A stretch of DNA of 64,000 nucleotides from a virus. Its lineage: Duplodnaviria > Caudoviricetes. The notes under the pieces are model-generated. The model was not told where the DNA came from. It did no database searches and worked only from the letters and a program-made list of their open reading frames with translations. The position numbers were made by a program, and so were the translations under genes. This document shows, piece by piece, positions 47,347-57,212 of the stretch. How positions within the stretch are numbered: position 1 is the first letter of the stretch; each line of letters opens with the position of its first letter. Location of the stretch: positions 227-64,226 of the IMG/VR virus record IMGVR_UViG_3300009168_000009, one strand, 5' to 3'.

Positions 47347-47853
47347 TGGCCCCTCGCAGTTGTTGTTAGTCGCCTCCCTGGATGGCCTGGATGATGTCGG
47401 CGATCGTCTCGGTCACCGTGAACGTCAACACCCCGTTGCCGGCCGCGATCGACAGCCGAACATGCTCAATGTTCGGCAGCTGCTCGATCGTGATCACTCG
47501 CTCCAGATCGATGATCACTTGCTGGCCGTCGATCTTCTTGAGCAACAGCGGATTCATGGATTTTTTCCTCGGCCTCAAATTGACGCACACGCGCGATCAT
47601 TTTGCAAACCGGACAGGCTTGCGGGGAGACGAAGCCGTGATGGCACGTCATCGGTGCCCACTCGCAACATGCGCGCGCCGCACGTGCTTGATCCGGGGAT
47701 GATCGACCGCGTGGCCGCTGCGATGCACGGCATGGCGCAGATGATGCGAGATCGAATGCCACAGCGCCTCGTTGTCACGATCGCGGCGCAACGCACGGAA
47801 ATCCTCCCAGGCATGACAGGCATGACGATGCAGCGCGTCGCGGTTGCTCCACG

Positions 47854-48390
47854 TCATGAGATCAGCGCCTCGCATTGCAGACCCTCCTGGCCGAACTTCT
47901 GCAGGAGCTGCGTCTGCTGATGCTCGTCACGGCAGCGGATCACGATCGAATACTGCAGCCCGTCCAAGAGCTGCGGCGTCGGCGGCTGCGCGTCGGTGAA
48001 TAACTTCATCAGCTCCTTGTCCTCGAAACCCAGGCTCGATGCGTCGAAGTCGTCCTTGATCGCAAGCAGCTCCTCCAGCAGCGCGTCGTCGTGCCAGTTC
48101 GAGCCGTCACCAATCTTGTTGTCGGCAATGGTGTAGGCACGGCATTGGCTCTCGGTCCAGTCGGTCGCGATGATCACCGGAACGTCGGCCATGCGCTCCA
48201 GCTGCGCCGCTTGCAAGCGCGCGTGGCCCGCAATGATCGTGCCGTCCTCTCGCACGAGAATGGGCATCGTCCAGCCAAACTGCTTGAGGCTCGCTCGCAG
48301 CTGGTCAATCTGCTTGGTCGGATGAATGCGGCTGTTGCGGGCGTAGGGTTTCAGTTTGTCGATCGGCCAGCGTTCGATCTGCGTCGTCAT
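47854..48390 (-). CDS. ParB/Srx N-terminal domain protein
   Basis: LKPY..N.R.H...QI..L..S..QFGW..PIL......IAGH.R..AA..ADNK. Confidence 0.92.
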   Translation of the reverse strand: MTTQIERWPIDKLKPYARNSRIHPTKQIDQLRASLKQFGWTMPILVREDGTIIAGHARLQAAQLERMADVPVIIATDWTESQCRAYTIADNKIGDGSNWHDDALLEELLAIKDDFDASSLGFEDKELMKLFTDAQPPTPQLLDGLQYSIVIRCRDEHQQTQLLQKFGQEGLQCEALIS

Positions 48391-49684
48391 TGCCAGCGCC
48401 TCGGCGGCGAGGAAATGCAGGCCAGCCGCTGCATCAATGGACACTCGGGACCGGGAGCCTTGCCGCAGCCGGGCCGGAACGGACAGCGCGGCGGCGCGTC
48501 GCGATCCATCTCCCCAGCACAGTCAAAGCCGGTCAGATCAAGATCGAAACCGTTCAACACGGCGTGCATGTTGATGTCCATGCACCCCATGCTGTCACAG
48601 CTCAACGACGCTTGCCACCTTTGCTGCGGCCAGACTTGCCGCGCTTGCCCTTGGCACCGCCCGCAGCCATCCAGTTGCTGATCGCAGCGGCAGAGGACTT
48701 GCTGAAGCCGTGACGCTTCAGCCCCTCATAAGCACTCGGCTTCTTGATCGACGGCCCATGATTGTGCCCCGGCATCCGTTCCTCCCGTGCGCTGAACTTC
48801 CTGCCATGCTAAACGTTGATCCGCGCAACGTGATCCACGTCCCCCCCGAACGGATCACAACCGCAACCAGCCGGGACGCATCCCCCAAGCCCCCCATTGG
48901 CCCCGCGTCCCGACTGGACTTCCCCCGATCGATCCCCGCCAGAACGTAGTCCAAGGCACGTCCAGGGCGCGCCTGTGGGCGCTTCACGGTTTTTCCGTGT
49001 CAGATGTCCCCCGGACGCCGTTTGACGCACCAGCGGACGCTGTAGGGGATTTTTGGGGACTTTGTTCCCGTACCGTTCACAAAGGGAAACCGGGGGGAGT
49101 GCATCGCCGGGGGGGAGCCGTGGGGGATGCCGCCTCGGCTCACGTCGGCGCAGAAAAAGCTGGGCCTAAAATGCCTTTGCTGCCAATAGGTTGCGCCGGT
49201 CAAGGCTAGGCAGTGCGACATAAACCTTGAGCGAGATTGTGCAATGATTTCAAAGGCTTATGAGAGAAAAACATTCTCTCTGATCCAGATTGCATAAATG
49301 TTGATTAATGCACCGACTGGAATCCGAGCGGCAGCACGCGAAGCTCCGGCGAGGCGACGCGAAGCTGCGAGCGCAGCCACGCGACGCAGCTGCAGGAGTG
49401 CAGAAGCCGTACGGCAGCTGCTGCCTAAGCCGCTGAGATCATTAGCCGAATAACTGGACACAGCAGCACGGCCAGCGGCTGGCGGCAGGCGGCAGCGGCA
49501 CAGCGGCGGCGTGGATGCAGGAGGAGCTGATCGACGGCGGTGCGGCGGCGGTGATTCCAGGGGCGCGGCTCAGTCTCGGCGCGGCCGGGGCTGGAGGCGG
49601 CGACCGCCGGGCGGGTCGGTTCTTCGGAAGCCCGGCGTGGATCAGAGCGGCAAGCTTAAAACCAAATTCGAAACGGCTGACGTA

Positions 49685-49936
49685 TCTGACATTGATTTCG
49701 ACCATCAGTGTTATGTGCGTGCGTACTACATATGATGTAAGTCCGTCAGGTATGTCAGGATCGTCAAGACCAGCATGGCAGCAGGGTTGTCGGCCTGACA
49801 TGTCTGACGAGCCTGACAATTTTGCTGCTGAATGGTGGCATGCAGAACGCCACTCATGTTGCGAAGTCCCGTCAGGCATGACAGGCATGGCAGTGCCTGA
49901 CGTTGCTCAGGAGCAACCCGTCAGGATTTTGTCAGG
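49685..49936. repeat. GTCAGG/CCTGAC iteron cluster, probable replication origin
   Basis: GTCAGG at 49745, 49754, 49871, 49920, 49931; CCTGAC at 49794, 49812, 49896, plus variants; just downstream of helicase. Confidence 0.7.
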
Positions 49937-50018
49937 TTCACTTAGCGGCCAGTTGCTAGAAACGACTTTAAGATTGAGCTATGCCGCATGGACGCATGGC
50001 TGGCACAACTTGTGCGGC

Positions 50019-51443
50019 TTAATCGACCGTCTCGCGCTCCAGAATGGTGAGCGTTCTGATACCGACGAAGCCGCGTGCTTTGTCGGTTCGGTCGCGGACG
50101 ATCCCCTTGGCTTCCAGCCGCTCGACAAACGCCTTTCGGGTTCCGTGGCGTTCGCCTGCGGCTTCGCAGAACAGCTTCCAGCTGCCGTACAGCTCGGTCG
50201 AGGATGCGAAGGCGTTGACGTCGGTGGTGCTGCACCACTTATCGAGCCACTGCTGCAGCGCATCTTGGTTTTCGAAGTAGTCGTCGGTTGCGCCGGTGAC
50301 GGCGGCTGGCGGATCGAGGCCGCGCTCGCGCCACTGGTCGAAGCCTTGCATGATCCAGGCGAGGATGCCGGGGTATTCCGGCTTGAGCCGTTCGAACAGG
50401 CCGAGATCGCGGTCGGCTTCGGCGATCTCGACGGTGAACGGGATCAGCTGGAGTCGCCGGCGCATGGCGCGATCGGCGTTGCGGATGACCGGCTTATTGT
50501 TGCCGACGACGATGATCTTGTACTGCGGCAGGTACTCGAAAGAGTTTTGCCGCATGAAGTTGGCGCGCACCATGTCGCCGCCGGTGAGCTGCTTGAGCTT
50601 GGCTTCATCCCAGGACTGGTTCTGTGCCGTCTCGGCGGTGAGCACGAGGCGCGTGCCGACCAGGGAGGCCAGCTCCTCATTGTGCTTGGGGTGATTGGTG
50701 GCCTGCAGCAGTTCCAGCGAGGCTTGTGCGGCGTAGTCGCCGAGCACGGCCTTGACCGTGTTGAGGAAGGTGCCCTTGCCGTTCTGTCCGGTGCCGTAGC
50801 AAAAGAAAAACGCTTGCTCGGTGATGAACGGTGTTGCGCAATAGCCGACGACACGTTGCAGATATGCCACCAGCTCCTGATCGCCGGCTGTGATCTGATC
50901 GAGGAACGTGAGCCAGACCGGGCACTCCATCCGCTCGGCGGTGACCGCCGTGATCCTTGAGCAGTAATCCTCCCGCCGCTGCGCCCCGAGTTGCCAGGGG
51001 CCCGGCCGATCGAGCCGCACGCTGGCGGTCGCCATGTTCAAGACCGGGGCCTGATCGAACAGCCCGACCGGCCGCGCCGTCTCGTCCTTCACCCGATCGG
51101 CACATCGCTTGACCAAGCCGGCGCTCTCGGCCGTGCGCTTGTCGCCCTTCTTCTTGAGGCGCGCGCCGATCTCGCGGCAGAGATCACCCATGCGCCGATT
51201 GATCGTGCGCTGCTGATCGTATTTCCAGACATGGCCGGTCCACTCGAACACCCCGATCGGCTCCAAGAATACGAACCGATCGCCGTGCCGCTGCAGGAAT
51301 ATCTGCAGCACAGCGTCGTCAGTCAGCAGCCAATTCGCTGCCAGCCAGGGGTCCGGCTGCGCCGAGTGCACGACATGCAACCGTGGCTGTGGCCGCTCGC
51401 CTATGTCATGTTCGTCTCGATCGCGCCCATCGTCATCCGCCAT
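50019..51443 (-). CDS. D5/P4-family SF3 helicase (C-terminal part of phage/plasmid primase)
   Basis: W.G..W, W..FL, YG.G.NGKGT, LKQLTGGD...A, N.KP, RRL..IPF. Confidence 0.93.
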   Translation of the reverse strand: MADDDGRDRDEHDIGERPQPRLHVVHSAQPDPWLAANWLLTDDAVLQIFLQRHGDRFVFLEPIGVFEWTGHVWKYDQQRTINRRMGDLCREIGARLKKKGDKRTAESAGLVKRCADRVKDETARPVGLFDQAPVLNMATASVRLDRPGPWQLGAQRREDYCSRITAVTAERMECPVWLTFLDQITAGDQELVAYLQRVVGYCATPFITEQAFFFCYGTGQNGKGTFLNTVKAVLGDYAAQASLELLQATNHPKHNEELASLVGTRLVLTAETAQNQSWDEAKLKQLTGGDMVRANFMRQNSFEYLPQYKIIVVGNNKPVIRNADRAMRRRLQLIPFTVEIAEADRDLGLFERLKPEYPGILAWIMQGFDQWRERGLDPPAAVTGATDDYFENQDALQQWLDKWCSTTDVNAFASSTELYGSWKLFCEAAGERHGTRKAFVERLEAKGIVRDRTDKARGFVGIRTLTILERETVD

Positions 51444-51450
51444 TGATCCC

Positions 51451-51645
51451 TCATAGCAGCCGCTCTCCAGCTGCCAGTTGCTGTTGCTCAAGGTCTTCTT
51501 GGATCGCTTCCATGATCTCGATCTGCAGCTTCGCCACGTGCGGCTTCATCTTGCCCAGCTCGATCTGGCGCCGGTAGAATGGCCGCCGCAGCGCCAGCTC
51601 GCGCTTCACTTCGTTGAGCTTGTCCGTCACGCTAAACCGCTGCAT
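51451..51645 (-). CDS. small phage protein
   Basis: K..EV.RE.ALR...Y.R....GKM....A..QI..M.AI..DL. Confidence 0.65.
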   Translation of the reverse strand: MQRFSVTDKLNEVKRELALRRPFYRRQIELGKMKPHVAKLQIEIMEAIQEDLEQQQLAAGERLL

Positions 51646-51952
51646 CGCCGTCGCTTTCGTCAGATGCTTCACGTGAAACATCGTCCAGCTCGCGCCGCTG
51701 GATCAGGCCCGCGCCGCGCCGTGAACGCACCGCCGTGCCGTAGGCCGTGACGCGATAGACCGCCGGGGATGATCCGATCCGCTCCACCCATCGCTTGCGC
51801 AGCAGCGAACGCAAGACGCCGCGATGAAAAACCTTCGGCAGCTGGCCGTCGCCGAACGTCAACCAGTCCAAGAGCCGCAGCTGCTGCGCCGACACCGGCT
51901 CCTGCCGTGGACGCGGCAGGCGAAACAACTCCCGTCGGAACCGCGAGGTCAT
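51632..51952 (-). CDS. winged-helix-like hypothetical protein
   Basis: LRSL.RK.WV......Y.VT..G. Confidence 0.5.
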   Translation of the reverse strand: MTSRFRRELFRLPRPRQEPVSAQQLRLLDWLTFGDGQLPKVFHRGVLRSLLRKRWVERIGSSPAVYRVTAYGTAVRSRRGAGLIQRRELDDVSREASDESDGDAAV

Positions 51953-52626
51953 AGCCGCCCCTCCTGGCTTTGCTCGAGCACGAGATCAGCGAAGTCGGTC
52001 CCGACCCGGCTGGTGCTGATGCAGGACGCCCGCCAGCCCCACGTCAGCCGCGCCGCAGCCGCCGCCGCGTCACCCGCCCGGCTCACGTCGTTGTCGATCG
52101 CGATCACCAGCTGGCCGACGAACCACAGCAGCGGTAGCCGTTCGATCGCGCCCGCGGAACCCAGCGCCCAGGCCGGCGTGTAGCCGAGCTGCAACAAGGC
52201 CAGCCCCGTCTCAAAGCCCTCGCACACGTGCAGGCGGGGCATGAACCACGTCTGAGCTCCAGTGCAGCACGCGCGATGCGAGATCAGCTTCATCGCCGCG
52301 CCGCGCACCGGCCCCAGCATCATGGGCTGGCCGTCCTTCTGGAAGTCCTGGCCGATGAAGATGCGCTGCAGCGCGGTCGGGGTGTCACCCTCGATCGTGC
52401 GCAGCAGCGCGATTAGGGCCGGAGCGGCCCCATCGCGCCGTGGGCAGCTGGGATGGAAGCGCGCCTCGACGCCGGTGGGCAGCTCCAGGCCACGCAACGC
52501 GAGGTAATATTCTGCCGGCGTCCCGGCGATCGGCACGCCCTGATCCCACACCTTGAGCGCATAGGCCGTCTTGCGCTTGCGCTCGGCGCGCTCCTCCTCC
52601 AGCTCGCGGCGCTCGTCCTCGGTCAT
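51949..52626 (-). CDS. Toprim primase catalytic part
   Basis: A..W....PI.GT.AE.YL..RG, MLGP..G, EG.ETGL, WA.GSAG, DND. Confidence 0.85.
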   Translation of the reverse strand: MTEDERRELEEERAERKRKTAYALKVWDQGVPIAGTPAEYYLALRGLELPTGVEARFHPSCPRRDGAAPALIALLRTIEGDTPTALQRIFIGQDFQKDGQPMMLGPVRGAAMKLISHRACCTGAQTWFMPRLHVCEGFETGLALLQLGYTPAWALGSAGAIERLPLLWFVGQLVIAIDNDVSRAGDAAAAAARLTWGWRASCISTSRVGTDFADLVLEQSQEGRL

Positions 52627-52781
52627 AGCGGCGGCTCTGGATCGCAGATCGGACAGCCTGCCCGGCCGCACGGCGAGACGCCCTCACGGGGCCACTCCCA
52701 GCGCATGAACCGCGAGCGCAGCCAGCCCGGCGCGGCATAGCCCAGCTCGCGCTCCGGCAATTTCAGGATTCCGGATTTCAT
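52623..52781 (-). CDS. 52-aa ORF inserted between primase halves
   Basis: GGAGG SD, ATGA overlaps at both ends, CGRAGCPIC. Confidence 0.55.
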   Translation of the reverse strand: MKSGILKLPERELGYAAPGWLRSRFMRWEWPREGVSPCGRAGCPICDPEPPL

Positions 52782-53005
52782 GCCCGCCTCCGCTTGCGCT
52801 CGGGCTCGTCCCACAAGCCGCGCGCGCGGAAAGCCGCGATGATGTCGGCTGGATCACAGCCGGCGAAGCAGTGCAGGAGAATGGTGCTGTGGCCCTGCGT
52901 GATCGACAGCGACGGATCGCGATCGTTGTGCGCCGGGCAGCATGCTAGAAATGATCGTCCAGATTTTCGTGCGCGCAGACGCGCAGCCAAGTCTGCCGCT
53001 CGCAT
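52778..53005 (-). CDS. primase zinc-binding domain as stand-alone ORF
   Basis: CPAH.D..PSLSI......LLHCFAGC....I..A....GLW. Confidence 0.85.
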   Translation of the reverse strand: MRAADLAARLRARKSGRSFLACCPAHNDRDPSLSITQGHSTILLHCFAGCDPADIIAAFRARGLWDEPERKRRRA

Positions 53006-53060
53006 GGGGCCTCCTCCCTTTGGTTGTTGTTGCTCCCGCCGCCGAGAGTGTTACATGCGC

Positions 53061-53474
53061 TCACACTCCGATCGACACTCGCACCACGCGCCAATCGCGC
53101 AGCGCATCCATGACATCCTCGAAGCGATCGGTGATCAGATAGCCGGCACCGCCGTGCATAAGACGGAACGCCAGCGCCTTCTGCTCATCCGTCGGCTGTT
53201 CGCCGCGTCGCTTCAATTCGATAAACGCCAGCAGGCCGCAGACGTGGAATAGCTGGAAGTCGGGCCAGCCCTTCTGCACGCCCATGCGCTTGAGCCGCTG
53301 CGCCGTCGCGGGATGCCGCCACTCACCGGCAGGGAAATGCGTCCAGCTCCACTCCGGCACACACCAGCGCCGCAGCACGTCGGCCGTCATGCAGTGCAGA
53401 TTGAATTCAGGAGCCGGCGGCGGCTTCACGCCGCGCTGTCGCTTGCCTTTGAATAACGACAGCTGCCCCGGCAT
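53061..53474 (-). CDS. VRR-NUC domain nuclease
   Basis: LK.MGV..G.PD......FIELK.......Q. Confidence 0.88.
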   Translation of the reverse strand: MPGQLSLFKGKRQRGVKPPPAPEFNLHCMTADVLRRWCVPEWSWTHFPAGEWRHPATAQRLKRMGVQKGWPDFQLFHVCGLLAFIELKRRGEQPTDEQKALAFRLMHGGAGYLITDRFEDVMDALRDWRVVRVSIGV

Positions 53475-53480
53475 CGATCA

Positions 53481-53747
53481 TCACCGCTGCGCTTTGCGCG
53501 TGCGCTTGCTGTTGACGTGAGCAACGGTCAACACCCGCTGCAGACGTTCGTTGCCCTGCGGACACAAGAGTCGCGCCGGGAATTCTCCGTTGGTCACTTG
53601 CTCGATCAGCACCGCCATTTCCCACGACGCCCAGCCGCGATGCTTGGCGACGTGCACACTGTTCTGGCTGTAGCCGATCGCCGTCGCCAACTTCGCTTCC
53701 GAGCCGTAATGGGCAATGGCTCGCTCCATGAGCTTGCGTGCGCTCAT
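53481..53747 (-). CDS. Cro/YdaS-like HTH protein
   Basis: AI...GS...LA..IG.SQ..V......A..IE..T.G......L.P; divergent from CI. Confidence 0.8.
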   Translation of the reverse strand: MSARKLMERAIAHYGSEAKLATAIGYSQNSVHVAKHRGWASWEMAVLIEQVTNGEFPARLLCPQGNERLQRVLTVAHVNSKRTRKAQR

Positions 53748-53874
53748 TCCACACTCCAGATTCAAGGAAACGAAGATGCCGCCGTCCGGATTATCAAGGC
53801 ACAACTCGCTGCCGATTTCAACAATAGACAGTCGTTCGCAAAAGTTGGATTGTAGGATCAGAGGGACTGCCACC

Positions 53875-54501
53875 ATGGACGCCACGCCGCGCGCTGACAT
53901 CAAGGACCGCCGCAAGCAGCTCGGCTTGTCGCAGCGCGAGCTGGCCGCGATCGTCGGTTCCCATGCCCAGACGGTAGACAAGATCGAGCGCGGGCACATC
54001 AGCTTTTCGCGCTATCTGGCCGGCATCGAACAGCATCTTGGCATCAAGCCGGCGGCCGTGGAGTTCAAGGACGCCGAGCAAGGCGTTGAAAAAATTCCGC
54101 TTTACGCTACAACGGCCGCGACGCTGCGAGCGGTGAGGATGAACCACGACATTGCCCCCGTGCATCACGTGATGCCGCCGGAATGCCTGCGCGGCAAACG
54201 ATCGAGCTATGGCGGCATGGTTTCCACCGACGCCATGGCCCCGATCTTCGCCGTTGGTGATTCGTTCTACTGCAACCCGCATCTAGCCCCGGCTCCCGGT
54301 AAATTCGTGCTGCTGCGGCAGAAGCCCCCATGGCAGCGCGGGCAGATCATCCTCTGCCAGCTGATCTCGTTCACTGAGCGAGAATGGACAGTGATGCTGC
54401 TCAATTCCGGCGGCAAGAAACGCGGCTATGAGGAGCGGCTGGTGCTGTCGCGCGCCGACTTCCCGATCGCCCATCGTGTCGTGGCGAAGGATTTCAGTTG
54501 A
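53875..54501 (+). CDS. CI-like repressor (XRE HTH + S24-like domain)
   Basis: RR..LGLSQ.ELA..VG....V..IERG; IPLY, M.P.F..GD, P.....PG..V. Confidence 0.85.
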   Translation: MDATPRADIKDRRKQLGLSQRELAAIVGSHAQTVDKIERGHISFSRYLAGIEQHLGIKPAAVEFKDAEQGVEKIPLYATTAATLRAVRMNHDIAPVHHVMPPECLRGKRSSYGGMVSTDAMAPIFAVGDSFYCNPHLAPAPGKFVLLRQKPPWQRGQIILCQLISFTEREWTVMLLNSGGKKRGYEERLVLSRADFPIAHRVVAKDFS

Positions 54502-54569
54502 TCTAATCGAGCGTCTATTGACCGGCTTTCCCTGGACCGGCTACGCTGCCGCAGGCCCAGGGGATTACG

Positions 54570-55397
54570 ATGGCTTTGACGGCTGCCCAACTCGCGGCAC
54601 GCGAGGGAAAGATCACTGCATCGTTCGCGCCGCAGCTAATGGCCGGCGATCTCCCCGCTATCCACAACAAGTGGCTTGAGCTGATCGGCGATCCGTCCTG
54701 GCAGCCGGAGGACATGACCAACAACTGGCCGGTGTATCACGGCACCGTCATGGAGCCGCACGTCATCGACTGGCACGAGCGATTGACCGGCGTGCCGCTG
54801 ACACGGCGCGGCGAAGTCGTTGTGCATCCGCACCGGCCCAACGTCTGCGCCACGCTCGACTGCTACCGCGCATTCGATCAGTGCGTGATCGATGCAAAAT
54901 GCCCCGGCGCGTGGATGAAGCTGGACGACATCCTCGCCTACTACCAGCCGCAGCTGATCGTGCAACGCGGCTGCGTCGAGTGCATCAACGCCAGCCTGCT
55001 GATCTCGCACGGCGGTGCCGCGCCGCACGAATATGCGATCACGATCGATCCGGACTACGAAGCCAAGGTCTGGCAGCGCGTCGATCAATTCTGGCGCTGC
55101 GTGGAAATGATGATCCCGCCGGTCGAGACGATGGCGCTGCAGCCGCTCACGGCGCCGGAGGAATGGCGCACGGTCGATCTCAGCCGCGATGGCGAGATCA
55201 ATCTGCACAACTGGGCACCGGAAATGGTGCTGCAGCTGGTGACGTGGAACGAAACGCGCGACAACGCAGTGGCGCACGAATTCGCGCGCGAGCAGATCAA
55301 GGCGTTGTTGCCGGAAAATGTCGGCGTGCTGCGCGGTGCCGGCCTGATAGTGAAACGCAACCGTGCGCGCGCCGTCTCGATCAAGCGTGACGAGTGA
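54570..55397 (+). CDS. YqaJ/lambda-exonuclease-like protein
   Basis: R...ITAS, G...EP, HP......ATLD......DAK, Y.PQL..Q. Confidence 0.85.
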   Translation: MALTAAQLAAREGKITASFAPQLMAGDLPAIHNKWLELIGDPSWQPEDMTNNWPVYHGTVMEPHVIDWHERLTGVPLTRRGEVVVHPHRPNVCATLDCYRAFDQCVIDAKCPGAWMKLDDILAYYQPQLIVQRGCVECINASLLISHGGAAPHEYAITIDPDYEAKVWQRVDQFWRCVEMMIPPVETMALQPLTAPEEWRTVDLSRDGEINLHNWAPEMVLQLVTWNETRDNAVAHEFAREQIKALLPENVGVLRGAGLIVKRNRARAVSIKRDE

Positions 55398-55422
55398 TCA
55401 ACCAGCGAAAGGAAAGCGACCG

Positions 55423-55623
55423 ATGAAAAACAAGTCCACGACCAGCGTCACCACCAGCGAGGAGAGTCCGCCGGCCACCATCAGCGTGCGCGAGTCGCTG
55501 GAGCAAATTCGCTCCGAGCATCTGCGCATACGCAACGATGCCCACGACACCATCACCCGGCTGGAACGCTGGCGCGACGAGATCGACGCCACCATCGCCT
55601 TCCTGCGAGCGCAACGGAAATGA
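55423..55623 (+). CDS. small coiled-coil protein
   Basis: AAGGA SD, coupled downstream. Confidence 0.55.
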   Translation: MKNKSTTSVTTSEESPPATISVRESLEQIRSEHLRIRNDAHDTITRLERWRDEIDATIAFLRAQRK

Positions 55624-55913
55624 GAAAGAGCGACGCGAAGTTGTCGGCGGCTCTGCAGGAGGCGGGGCTGGACGACATGGCGAAGCGCGCGGCGGCTGGA
55701 CACTACAACGAATTTTTCGGGCCGCTCGACACGCCAATGCTGACGTTGATCGAGGAGCTGCACAAGGCCGGCAGTGCGCCGGCACTTGCGCTGCGGCTGC
55801 GTGTGATGGATGGCGACTATGATGCCGACTTTGAGGAGTCGGAGGAATGGGCGGCGTCGGAGGGCGGGCAGAATGCGTTCAACAGCTTGCTGGGGAGGAA
55901 GCACGATGACTGA
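55620..55913 (+). CDS. hypothetical protein
   Basis: L..AL..AGL..MA.RA..G.Y..F..L...V..G.YDA..EE. Confidence 0.7.
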   Translation: MRKSDAKLSAALQEAGLDDMAKRAAAGHYNEFFGPLDTPMLTLIEELHKAGSAPALALRLRVMDGDYDADFEESEEWAASEGGQNAFNSLLGRKHDD

Positions 55914-56562
55914 CAAGGAATACAACATCGCGATCCAGCGGCTCAAGCTGCCGCCGCGCATGCAGAAGCTGCCCGTGGATGATCGCGGCTATCCGGTGCC
56001 GAAGTTCGTGCAGTGGATCGACGGCAAGCCGGACTTCCGCGTGGTCAATCGATCGTTCATGGCAAATGCGGTGCGGATCAAGTTGTGCTGGCTGTGCGGC
56101 GAACCACTCGGCCGCTTCCAGGCATTTGTCATAGGCCCTATGTGCTCGATTAACCGTGTCAGCTCGGAGCCGCCGTCGCATCTGGAGTGTGCGCGCTTCG
56201 CGGTGCAGGCGTGTCCGTTTTTGACGCAGCCGAATCGCAAGCGCAACGAAGATGGACTGCCGGAGGAAGCCGAACAACCGGCTGGCATCATGATCCCGCG
56301 CAATCCCGGCGTGTCCATGATCTGGGTCACGGAATCCTATACGCCGTTCAAAGCGCACGGCGGCGCGTTGTTTCGGATCGGCGAGCCGACCAGCGTGGAG
56401 TGGTGGGCGCACGGCCGCGAGGCGACGCGGCAGGAAGTGATCGACTCGATCGCCAGCGGACTGCCGCTGCTGGTGGACGTGGCGGCGAAGGAAGGGCCGG
56501 ACGCGATCGACGCGCTCAACCGCGAGATCAGACGCGGGCTCGCATTGGTGCCGGCGATATGA
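55906..56562 (+). CDS. conserved phage protein with Cys/His motif
   Basis: RG.PVP.FV....PDF, CW.CG, GP.C, EPP.H.EC..FA...CPFL. Confidence 0.8.
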   Translation: MTDKEYNIAIQRLKLPPRMQKLPVDDRGYPVPKFVQWIDGKPDFRVVNRSFMANAVRIKLCWLCGEPLGRFQAFVIGPMCSINRVSSEPPSHLECARFAVQACPFLTQPNRKRNEDGLPEEAEQPAGIMIPRNPGVSMIWVTESYTPFKAHGGALFRIGEPTSVEWWAHGREATRQEVIDSIASGLPLLVDVAAKEGPDAIDALNREIRRGLALVPAI

Positions 56563-56726
56563 ACGAAGAATATCTGGGCGATGGCCTCTACGCGTCGTTC
56601 GATGGCTATGCCATCACGTTGCGCGCGCCGCGCGAAAACGGCGATCACTACGTCGTGCTGGAACCGCTCCAGTACGACGCGCTGCTGGAATACGCCATGC
56701 GGATGTACGCGAAGGAAACGTCATGA
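56559..56726 (+). CDS. small hypothetical protein
   Basis: YLGDGLYA.FDG..I.L....LEP. Confidence 0.7.
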   Translation: MNEEYLGDGLYASFDGYAITLRAPRENGDHYVVLEPLQYDALLEYAMRMYAKETS

Positions 56727-57043
56727 GCGACGAATATTCCGTCTGCCAGTTTTTCGTCAACGGCACCTATGAATACGTTCGCCGCTACGTGTCGGAGGAG
56801 GAGGCGGTCAAGGCGTTTGCTCACTACACGAACAACGTTGCCACGGCAGCGGGCGTCGTGGAGCGCGTGATCATCACCGACGGCGGCGACTTCACCAATC
56901 TCGAATGGGTAAGAGGCAAAGGCTACAGCTACGACGGCGTGCACTACGCCGCGACGGCGCACACTGACGCGCATCCGAATCTAAACCGAGAGGACAGCGA
57001 AGATGAAAGCGACGATCGAAGTGAAGGACAGAAAGGAAGCTGA
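56723..57043 (+). CDS. hypothetical protein
   Basis: SV.QFF....EYVR..RVIITDGGD...EW..GKG. Confidence 0.7.
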   Translation: MSDEYSVCQFFVNGTYEYVRRYVSEEEAVKAFAHYTNNVATAAGVVERVIITDGGDFTNLEWVRGKGYSYDGVHYAATAHTDAHPNLNREDSEDESDDRSEGQKGS

Positions 57044-57212
57044 CGCCGTGCGCGTTGGACTCGAAGACCCGGCGGTGCGCGCGTTCGTAGTCATCATCGG
57101 CTTGCTGTTGCCGATGACACAGCGCCAGCGCAAGCGTGTGCTGCAATACGTGATGGATAAGATCGACGAGGACGCCGAAGGCAAAATCGAGAACGGCGGG
57201 CAAGCAGCATGA
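57003..57212 (+). CDS. hypothetical protein
   Basis: GAGG SD, overlaps neighbours. Confidence 0.6.
   Translation: MKATIEVKDRKEADAVRVGLEDPAVRAFVVIIGLLLPMTQRQRKRVLQYVMDKIDEDAEGKIENGGQAA

Noticed and set aside
49515-50960. 481-aa plus-strand ORF
   Set aside because: Antisense to the helicase and runs through the iteron region; no recognisable motifs.
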